Origin: an uncultured Hyphomicrobiales bacterium
GTDB taxonomy: Bacteria; Pseudomonadota; Alphaproteobacteria; Rhizobiales; JAJFHR01
NCBI GenBank assembly: GCA_964549055.1
Contig: CAZJUF010000001.1
Span: 6,765 to 40,076, forward strand
DNA length: 33,312 nt
Direction of reading: 5' to 3'
Below are positions 25,211 to 32,410 of the stretch, piece by piece; within the stretch, counting starts at the first letter, position 1; each line of letters begins with the position of its first letter. The position numbers and the translations under genes are program-made. The notes under the pieces were generated by a model that made no database searches, was not told where the DNA came from, and saw only the letters and a list, made by a program, of their open reading frames with translations.

Positions 25211-26331
25211 AGAATATTCAATTCATTGATTTGCAGGCGCAACGCGCCTACCTGGGGTCCAGGGTTGACGATGCCATAAGCCGGGTGCTGGAGCATGGCC
25301 GTTACATTATGGGTCCGGAAATCAAAATTCTGGAGGATCAGCTTAGCGATTTCAGTGGAGTTGAACGGACGGTTTCATGTTCAAACGGCAGCGATGCCCT
25401 GTTGTTGCCGCTTTTAGCCTGGGAAATTGGTCGAGGGGATGCGGTGTTCGTGCCCAGCTTCACCTTCGCTGCGACGGCAGAAATGGTGGCGTTTGCAGGT
25501 GCTACACCGGTGTTTGTCGATATTCTGCCCGACACCTTCAATATGGACCCGGATCATCTGGAACAGGCTATCAGGGAAGTAAAGGCGAAAAATGAACTCA
25601 CTCCCAAAGCGGTGATTGTGGTCGACCTGTTTGGTCAAATTGCTAATTATCCAGCAATAAAAAAACTCAGCGACGAGCATGGCCTCAAACTGATTTCGGA
25701 TGCTGCCCAAGGCTTTGGCGCAACACTTGACGGCAATCAGGCAGGCGACTTCGCTGATTGTGTCACCACCAGCTTTTTCCCGGCTAAACCCCTTGGCTGT
25801 TATGGCGATGGCGGTGCGGTTCTCACCAATGATCATGAACTTGCCGATATCATCGAGAGCCTGCGGGTGCACGGCAAGGGGCGTGATAAATATGACAATG
25901 TGCGCATCGGCATGAACGGTCGGCTGGACACTCTTCAAGCTGCGATTTTGATCGAAAAACTATCTATTTTCGCCGAAGAAATCGAAAAACGCAACAAAGT
26001 GGCAGAGCGGTATAACAAGGCTCTGATACAGGTTGTGGCAACTCCCCGGGTCATGGAAGGTGCCGTTTCCACATGGGCGCAATATACGCTAAAACTTGAC
26101 AACCGCGATGAAGTCCAGGCAAAGCTCAAGGAAAGTGGCATTCCCACTGCTGTTTATTATCCAAAACCGCTTCATCAGCAGACCGCCTATAAGGATTATC
26201 CTGTCGCAGGCAGCGGCCTGCCTGTTTCCGAGCGGTTGTCTGCTGAAGTACTCAGCCTGCCGATGCATCCCTATCTGGATGAGCAAACCCAGGATTATGT
26301 TATTGAAACCGTCAAAAACACCTTAGGGTAA
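25207..26331 (+). CDS. wbpE: DegT-family aminotransferase, WbpE/WlbC-like
   Basis: 374 aa. [51 protein letters not shown]...[10 protein letters not shown]...[30 protein letters not shown] overlap with wbpD at 25207-25210. Confidence 0.85.
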   Translation: MKNIQFIDLQAQRAYLGSRVDDAISRVLEHGRYIMGPEIKILEDQLSDFSGVERTVSCSNGSDALLLPLLAWEIGRGDAVFVPSFTFAATAEMVAFAGATPVFVDILPDTFNMDPDHLEQAIREVKAKNELTPKAVIVVDLFGQIANYPAIKKLSDEHGLKLISDAAQGFGATLDGNQAGDFADCVTTSFFPAKPLGCYGDGGAVLTNDHELADIIESLRVHGKGRDKYDNVRIGMNGRLDTLQAAILIEKLSIFAEEIEKRNKVAERYNKALIQVVATPRVMEGAVSTWAQYTLKLDNRDEVQAKLKESGIPTAVYYPKPLHQQTAYKDYPVAGSGLPVSERLSAEVLSLPMHPYLDEQTQDYVIETVKNTLG

Positions 26332-26350
26332 GAGTAGAGCTTTTTACATT

Positions 26351-27709
26351 ATGGAACAAAAAAATCCCTTGAATAATTCAAGCCGTCAATTTATCGAAAA
26401 ACTTAAAAATGGCGATGCCGTTATCGCCATCATCGGTCTGGGCTATGTCGGCCTGCCGCTGATCCTCGGTTTTAATAATGTCGGTTTTAACACTCTCGGT
26501 TTGGATATCAATCAGGAGCTGATCGATCAGCTAATGGCAGGTAAAAGCCGGATCGCCCATATCCCTTCAAGTAAAGTCAAGGCTATGGTCGCAACCGGAC
26601 ATTTTGAGGCGACAACCGATTTTTCGCAAATTAGCCGCGCCGATGCCATTTTAATTTGCGTCCCGACACCGCTCAATCAATACCGGGAACCAGATCTGTC
26701 GTTCATCAAGATTACCGCCAACAATATTGCACCACATATCAAGGCTGGACAGTTGGTCATTTTGGAATCAACAACCTATCCAGGAACAACACGCGAAATA
26801 TTACTGCCGATTTTAGAACAAGGCAGTGGCCTGAAGGGTGACAAGGATTTTTTCGTCGCCTTTTCGCCCGAGCGTGAAGACCCGGCCAATCCCGACTTTG
26901 ACACGACTACTATTCCCAAAGTTGTTGGTGCAGCGACCCCTGAGGGAGAGGAGATGGCCGCCGCGCTGTATGAGACGCTGATAACGCGCGTTGTTCGCGT
27001 CTCCAGCCCCGATACAGCCGAAGCCGTCAAACTAACTGAAAACATTTTTCGTGCCGTGAATATCGCTCTGGTAAATGAGTTGAAGCTGATCTATGACGAT
27101 ATGGGAATTGACGTGTGGGAGGTGATTGACGCTGCGGCGACAAAACCTTTTGGTTTCATGCCATTTTATCCTGGGCCGGGACTTGGCGGACACTGCATAC
27201 CCATTGATCCGTTTTATCTAACCTGGAAGGCGCGGCAATTTGGACGCCACACCCGATTTATCGAGCTTGCCGGCGAGATCAATCAGGATATGCCCAGACA
27301 TGTGATCAGCAAACTGGCCGTTGCTCTTAGCAAGCAGCAGAAAAAGGCGCTCAATGGCGCTAAAATACTGATTGTCGGCATTGCTTATAAAAGAAATGTC
27401 GATGATATGCGCGAAAGCCCAGCCCTGCTCCTCATGGAACTTTTGGCAGAACATGGTGCCAAATTTGACTATCACGATCCTTTTATCAGCATCATTCCGC
27501 CAACTCGTGAACATGCGCAGTTAGCTGGCATGAAATCCATCGAGTGGACGAAACAGAATATCAGCCAGTATGATGCAGCCCTCATTGTCACCGACCATGA
27601 TAATGTCGACTGGCAAACACTGGTGGACAGTGCAGCGCTGATCATTGATACGCGTAACGCACTAAAGGACGTGCAGACGGCCGATAACAACAAGATCATT
27701 AAGGCCTAG
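26351..27709 (+). CDS. wbpA: UDP-N-acetylhexosamine 6-dehydrogenase (WbpA/TviB/WecC family)
   Basis: 452 aa. Motifs read: VIAIIGLGYVGLPL, ...ILICVPTPL..., ESTTYPGTTREIL, PFYPGPGLGGHCIPIDPFYLTWKA and VGIAYKRNVDDMRESPA. Substrate assignment (GlcNAc versus ManNAc) cannot be settled by eye. Confidence 0.8.
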   Translation: MEQKNPLNNSSRQFIEKLKNGDAVIAIIGLGYVGLPLILGFNNVGFNTLGLDINQELIDQLMAGKSRIAHIPSSKVKAMVATGHFEATTDFSQISRADAILICVPTPLNQYREPDLSFIKITANNIAPHIKAGQLVILESTTYPGTTREILLPILEQGSGLKGDKDFFVAFSPEREDPANPDFDTTTIPKVVGAATPEGEEMAAALYETLITRVVRVSSPDTAEAVKLTENIFRAVNIALVNELKLIYDDMGIDVWEVIDAAATKPFGFMPFYPGPGLGGHCIPIDPFYLTWKARQFGRHTRFIELAGEINQDMPRHVISKLAVALSKQQKKALNGAKILIVGIAYKRNVDDMRESPALLLMELLAEHGAKFDYHDPFISIIPPTREHAQLAGMKSIEWTKQNISQYDAALIVTDHDNVDWQTLVDSAALIIDTRNALKDVQTADNNKIIKA

Positions 27710-27722
27710 TTGTGATTTCTCA

Positions 27723-27748
27723 AGAGGTTGTTCATTCGAACCAACTCT
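27723..27748 (+). terminator. Imperfect hairpin downstream of the wbpA-like gene (weak terminator candidate)
   Basis: AGAGGTTGTTC-attc-GAACCAACTCT, with 9 of 11 positions paired and a 4-nt loop. It starts 14 nt after the stop codon. No U-tract follows, so the call is weak. Confidence 0.25.
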
Positions 27749-27903
27749 GAAAAGGTGTAACATCAGGTGACTAGTGACCTGCACCCCTACCCGAATATAT
27801 TCAATCTCACGGGCCGTATCCGCACGGCAGATCACGACAAATGATTTGGTTAGGTCACGAACTCATTCAATCGTTTCATTCTGGGTGCGCAAGGGGCGTA
27901 AAC

Positions 27904-28098
27904 ATGTCTAAAAACCGCGCGCTAATTTTAATAGATTTCATAAATGATATTGTGCACCCGGATGGTAAGCTTTCTGGAAAAGGGTACCGAAAGACTATTA
28001 TGCCGGTCTCAAACCATCCGGCCAGTAAAGCGTTACATGTCTCTAAAAAAACGGCCCGCAATTTAATTGCTGACCGTTTTTTTGTTCTTGTTGCATAG
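27904..28098 (+). pseudogene. Remnant of an isochorismatase/cysteine-hydrolase-family gene (N-terminal ~28 codons only)
   Basis: MSKNRALILIDFINDIVHPDGKLSGKGY matches the N-terminal beta1/D-loop pattern of isochorismatase-like hydrolases (ALxxIDxQNDF..P.G.L). The remaining ~35 codons are unrelated and run into the terminator. The reading frame is far too short for a functional enzyme. Confidence 0.35.
28045..28083. terminator. Bidirectional rho-independent terminator
   Basis: AAAAAAACGG (28045-28054) is the exact reverse complement of CCGTTTTTTT (28074-28083). An inner palindrome GCAATT-T-AATTGC lies at 28058-70. The A7 and T7 flanks give a U-tract on either strand. It sits 22 nt downstream of the DASS gene stop (minus) and at the end of the plus-strand remnant. 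Confidence 0.5.
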
Positions 28099-28104
28099 TC
28101 TGTA

Positions 28105-29658
28105 TCAGAATGGCCAGGCAGTAGCATCCCAGACCGGAAGGCCAAGAAACGCATACCAGGGGACCATCACCAAAATTGTGTAGCCGATCGCGATAATCAC
28201 CGACATCCACCCCAGTTTGAGGTATTCAACCATGGTAAAGGTTCCGGTGCCGTAGGCAATTACCGCAGCGGTCAGTTGGGTTGGCAACAGGTAGGCAAAT
28301 GTATCGGCATTGGCAATCAGCATGGTGAATGCAGCTGCATTGAGACCGATTTTAGGGGCCAGTGCAATCATGATTGGTGCCAGTACAGTAATGGCAGCGA
28401 TGTTTGACAGCATGCCAATGCGGATGATGTGGGTGCCTACCAGCAGGATAAGCATAGCTCCCCACCAGGGGTACCCCAACACCAGCGGATGGATTTGATC
28501 GGCCAACCAGTCAGCCAGACCTGACGAGCCCATGACCTGTGACATTGACAAGGCGCCAACTAACATCACCCATGTTCCCCAGATGGTCTTGTCCTGGATG
28601 ATTTTCCAGCGAATGCTGAGCATGCCGGGTGCGAACATCACCATGATGCCAATGAGGATGGCCATGGCAGTGTGCAGATTATGCAACGACCGTTGCGTCA
28701 TCCAGAGAACGGCAACAAGGGCAAAAACGCCAAGAATGAAGTAATCCTGCCGTGTCATTGGCGGAATTTCCGCATGCATCTTGGTAATCCGTTCGGGACC
28801 TCCGGGAATCATAATGCTGCCGGTCTTCAACTGGCTGCGGATCCACAAATGGGTGAGCGGGAACATGAACAGATATGGAAACTGAAGCATGGCCCAGTCG
28901 ACATAGGAAACAGTCTGTTGAAGTTGCGAACTGATAAGACCGACAACAATGAGGTTGGGCACGTGCGCGGTCATAATAAAGATACCGCTGATCATCGCAC
29001 CATAAACAATCGACTGGATAACAATCGCCTTTTTGGCGTTGCGTTCTTCTTCAGTGTCTCCGAACAGACCAAGAATACCGGTAACAACCGGCAGCATGGT
29101 GGCGGCCCGGGCGTTTGCTGCCGGCAGGATTAACGACAACAGCAGGTTAAAACCAAATAACGTCCAGATAACGCCGCCAACTGTCTTGATTTTTGCCTTG
29201 TGCAGCAGACCAATAGCCACACGACGGTCTATGCCTGAAGCAATCATGATGGCCGAGAATATAAAGGCTGCCAGTACCAGAAGTGCAACGGGTGATGAAA
29301 AGGCCGAGGCGGCATATTTGATATGCGACACCGCACCAGTCAAGGCCAGCAGAGCGGGAATCATCAGGCCCGTCATGGCAATTGGAATAGCTTCGGTAAG
29401 CCATATTGTAGTTGCCCAGACCATGACGGCAAGGGTTGCACGGCCCGCAGCACTGAGTACCGTGGTTGTGCCATCCGCATTAACCGCATCAGGCAATGGC
29501 ACAACAAACAAGAATAAAAATAAAAGTACCCAGGCCAGTACAAAACCAAATATAGCCTTGTAGGGCGAATTGTTGCCACTCTCCCTGATATTGTTGATCA
29601 GCGTATCAAAAATACTGCCTTCATCCGGTTTTGTACCGGACTTTACCCCGTCTGTCAT
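28105..29658 (-). CDS. DASS/SLC13-family anion:sodium symporter-like permease
   Basis: 517 aa and highly hydrophobic throughout. Segments such as ...ATTIWLTEAIPIAMTGLMIPALL... and ...LILPAANARAATMLPVVTGIL... are typical of DASS/CitT/SLC13-type permeases. GGAG lies upstream of ATG 29658. Confidence 0.75.
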   Translation of the reverse strand: MTDGVKSGTKPDEGSIFDTLINNIRESGNNSPYKAIFGFVLAWVLLFLFLFVVPLPDAVNADGTTTVLSAAGRATLAVMVWATTIWLTEAIPIAMTGLMIPALLALTGAVSHIKYAASAFSSPVALLVLAAFIFSAIMIASGIDRRVAIGLLHKAKIKTVGGVIWTLFGFNLLLSLILPAANARAATMLPVVTGILGLFGDTEEERNAKKAIVIQSIVYGAMISGIFIMTAHVPNLIVVGLISSQLQQTVSYVDWAMLQFPYLFMFPLTHLWIRSQLKTGSIMIPGGPERITKMHAEIPPMTRQDYFILGVFALVAVLWMTQRSLHNLHTAMAILIGIMVMFAPGMLSIRWKIIQDKTIWGTWVMLVGALSMSQVMGSSGLADWLADQIHPLVLGYPWWGAMLILLVGTHIIRIGMLSNIAAITVLAPIMIALAPKIGLNAAAFTMLIANADTFAYLLPTQLTAAVIAYGTGTFTMVEYLKLGWMSVIIAIGYTILVMVPWYAFLGLPVWDATAWPF

Positions 29659-29852
29659 TACATCATCTCCCCGTGATATTGCCCTTTTCAGCGTCCAGGA
29701 GCTGTTCCCGACCTGCTAAAACCCTCTTTAGTTTTCCAGCAAATGATTATCCGGGAGCAAAATGATAATGTGACAGTTTAAGGAAACAGGATGTCGCCCA
29801 GAACACATATGGGGGAAAAATGTCTACCTGACGACACAGCTATAAGGCGGCA

Positions 29853-30578
29853 TCAATGCCGGATCAGGCGCGCCAGTTCTTCAAAATTGCGAATCTGAAT
29901 GCGCCCACGCGCCACATGAACAATCTCGCGACGCTTCCATTCGTTGATGACTTTGGTAACAGTGGTTCGCGTTGCCCCGATCATATTGGCAATCTCCTGG
30001 TGGGTAAACCGGTTCTCGATTGTAACCACACCCCCACGCGTTGAACTGCCAGCCTCCGCAAACTTCAGGATTATCTGAGCTATTCTCGAGCGCACATCTC
30101 CAATAACAAACTCGGTAATTGCATTGTGTGCCTGACGCAGGCGCTGACCAAGCAGGTGGATTACGGCAACCGAAAAACCAGGGTTGTCCTGTATGAACCG
30201 TTCGAAACTGGCAAGATCAACGCCCAGCACCTCAGTCGGTGCCTGGGTTTGTGCAAAAACCGGACGGACTTTGCCGCCAAAAACCGCAGACATTCCAAAC
30301 CAACTGTTGGCACCACACATCCGGTATATAATTTCACGACCATCGCCAGTCAGATCGTAGATTTTCACAAACCCGGCAACGACATAATAGACAACCGAGC
30401 TTTGGTCGCCGGGTGCAAAAATCAAGGCATTTTTGGGGTAAAACTGTTTTCTTGCATTGTTGAATAAGGTGGTGCGCTGTGCTTCAGTCAAATCTGCAAA
30501 CAGGTTTGCTTCTGACATCTCATCACGGGTTTGGTTTGCGCCTGCGTCATTCATGCCTGTAAAACTACTGCCTTCCAT
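29853..30578 (-). CDS. Crp/Fnr-family transcriptional regulator
   Basis: 241 aa. A cNMP-binding-like beta-roll (...KNALIFAPGDQSSVVYYVVAGFVKIYDLTGDGREIIYRM...) and a C-terminal HTH (FTHQEIANMIGATRTTVTKVINEWKRREIV). GGGGAGG lies upstream of ATG 30578. No FNR-type N-terminal Cys cluster was seen. Confidence 0.85.
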   Translation of the reverse strand: MEGSSFTGMNDAGANQTRDEMSEANLFADLTEAQRTTLFNNARKQFYPKNALIFAPGDQSSVVYYVVAGFVKIYDLTGDGREIIYRMCGANSWFGMSAVFGGKVRPVFAQTQAPTEVLGVDLASFERFIQDNPGFSVAVIHLLGQRLRQAHNAITEFVIGDVRSRIAQIILKFAEAGSSTRGGVVTIENRFTHQEIANMIGATRTTVTKVINEWKRREIVHVARGRIQIRNFEELARLIRH

Positions 30579-30661
30579 TCTCGTCTACCTCCCCGTCAAC
30601 TGCCTGCCGGAAAAGTGTACCAACAAGATATCGGAAGTTATACTGATATTTGCACCTTCTA

Positions 30662-31012
30662 TCACGGCAGGGAGACAGTTATTGTCTGCCCGGGAAAACC
30701 ATAGACATTGTGATGAGCGCAAACGGGAACGGTTTCGATGCCATCCGGCATCGCCAGCGTGTCCAGCGAGCATGTAAACGGCTGTTCTGTTTCATAAAGA
30801 TGAGCCAGTATCCTTTTACCCGGGACAATATCTCCCGGCCCCAGGGTTTCAAAAGCATCGGCAAAGCTGCCCCAACCGTAATCCTTGCTGCAAATTGTTA
30901 CATCGAAGCGATAGCTTGTATCCACATTCCTGCTTACAGACACATTAATCACACCGCACACCCCACGCGGGGTATCACTACCTTCTTTTACTTGCTCAAA
31001 TCCGGCTTTCAT
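30662..31012 (-). CDS. Hypothetical protein (116 aa), no family recognised
   Basis: The ORF lies 13 nt downstream of the sulfotransferase gene on the same strand, in a compact operon context. The composition looks like that of a globular protein. I recognise no motif. Confidence 0.45.
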   Translation of the reverse strand: MKAGFEQVKEGSDTPRGVCGVINVSVSRNVDTSYRFDVTICSKDYGWGSFADAFETLGPGDIVPGKRILAHLYETEQPFTCSLDTLAMPDGIETVPVCAHHNVYGFPGQTITVSLP

Positions 31013-31025
31013 GTTGTGCCACCGA

Positions 31026-32165
31026 TCACCGGGTGAACTGGCGTTTTATGGAGAAATGATTCTTCCATTTTTTCCATGCCCGGTAGCCCACAATAATCTC
31101 CTCGTCACGATGGCCTACAGGAAATTCATTGGTCGCATCAGCATCGCTCCAGATGCCTTTTTGCTTGCGCACCTGACGCTGATCCACAAGCCAGTCACGA
31201 TAACTTTCAAAGATGATATGACCGTTTGGTCCATCAAGACGCGCTGCGCGAAAACGAGCGTCCCATTCAATCCACAGATCGCGATCCTGATCCGAGATAT
31301 CCATCGGCTCAACATCGAGATCATACCCAAGCGCTTTATGAGTTTCACCGGCAACAGCTGCATAGACCTGCTGGTCATGCAGGCTGAGTAGTTTCTTGTG
31401 GATGCCGACATGCTCAGTCGTGATCGGCCGGGCCAGGAGTGCGTGATCGCGCTGTTTGCCGCGGGCAATCGCGGTCGGTGTGGCGAAAAACTCAAACATG
31501 CCTTCTTCAAAATCTTCTTCGATAAAATCACAAACACCCTTCATCACCGGCTCGGGATTTCTGCATAGTTCTTCATAGGAGATATCATGCCAGACATTAT
31601 CGTCCAAATCCTTGCGGAAAGGTGCCACAAAACGCGCTGCGGCATCCCACGTATGTGCGGCCATATAGATATGACCCGCACCAAATGCGGAATCCAGACT
31701 GAGGGCAGAAGCATCACGGCCGTCACGGGTGATGCATATAATCTGCGCATCAGGGAAATTTTCGAGTATCTGGGGTACAAAATAAAGATTGTTGGGCGTC
31801 TTCTGCCCCCATCTCGGCTTGCCGCCGAACTGCTTGGCATAATACCTGTGCATCGCCATATAGATGCCGGCAAAACTGCGTTCAGGTGCCAGTGCACAGA
31901 TTTGCTCAGCCGCAGTAGCCGGATTAAGGTCCATGCCCCACAATGGCTGATTGAGACCAAACAGCATCTCGTCTGCCAGTGTCTTGAAATTGGCATCAAC
32001 AGAAAGATCGCCATAGGTGTGGCGCCAGGGATATATGCGCGGGAACATCCAGCCGACTTCAGGAAAGGACAATCGTGAATGATGGCCAAGCAACGCCATC
32101 AAAAGCGTTGTTCCTGATCTTTCATATCCGACTACAAATATCGGGCGGTCTCCGGTTATTGCCAT
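31026..32165 (-). CDS. Sulfotransferase-family protein (Sulfotransfer_3-like) with C-terminal extension
   Basis: The start was trimmed to ATG 32165, with AGGAGA 6 nt upstream. The 5'-PSB-like loop is IFVVGYERSGTTLLMALLG and the 3'-PB-like motif is IICITRDGRDASALS. About 100 extra C-terminal residues have unknown function. Confidence 0.75.
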   Translation of the reverse strand: MAITGDRPIFVVGYERSGTTLLMALLGHHSRLSFPEVGWMFPRIYPWRHTYGDLSVDANFKTLADEMLFGLNQPLWGMDLNPATAAEQICALAPERSFAGIYMAMHRYYAKQFGGKPRWGQKTPNNLYFVPQILENFPDAQIICITRDGRDASALSLDSAFGAGHIYMAAHTWDAAARFVAPFRKDLDDNVWHDISYEELCRNPEPVMKGVCDFIEEDFEEGMFEFFATPTAIARGKQRDHALLARPITTEHVGIHKKLLSLHDQQVYAAVAGETHKALGYDLDVEPMDISDQDRDLWIEWDARFRAARLDGPNGHIIFESYRDWLVDQRQVRKQKGIWSDADATNEFPVGHRDEEIIVGYRAWKKWKNHFSIKRQFTR

Positions 32166-32213
32166 AATATCTCCTGCACAGCATTCGACCACGCTTGATG
32201 TGGGTTTCGCCAG

Positions 32214-32232
32214 TTTATCTATTCAAGATAAA
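32214..32232. promoter_or_regulatory. 7-5-7 inverted repeat TTTATCT-attca-AGATAAA upstream of the sulfotransferase operon
   Basis: A perfect inverted repeat about 50 nt upstream of ATG 32165, in the 245-bp gap between that start and the pseudogene. The binding factor is unknown. Confidence 0.25.
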
Positions 32233-32410
32233 AACATTAAACGTTGCAAGTGGACCCGACTGTGCTCTGGAACACAATTAATGGAATTGGTTTTTTACGA
32301 GGCGCTTGCAACACCGCAGGGATGGCGAGCTTTTGTGGTTTGAAATGGGGCGGGAAAAAATCACGATGAACCCATGGCAAACCTTGATTCCAAGCGCAAA
32401 TGGTATTTTA

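Noticed and set aside
27841-27903. Upstream extension of the isochorismatase-like stub (ORF track start 27841)
   Set aside because: The family-like sequence begins at MSKNRALILIDF (ATG 27904). The extra 21 codons have no similarity and no RBS.
31544-32089. 181-aa minus-strand ORF in an alternative frame inside the sulfotransferase gene
   Set aside because: It is on the same strand as, but out of frame with, a gene carrying clear PAPS-binding-type motifs. The product is Cys/Trp/Arg-rich nonsense-like sequence with no start context.
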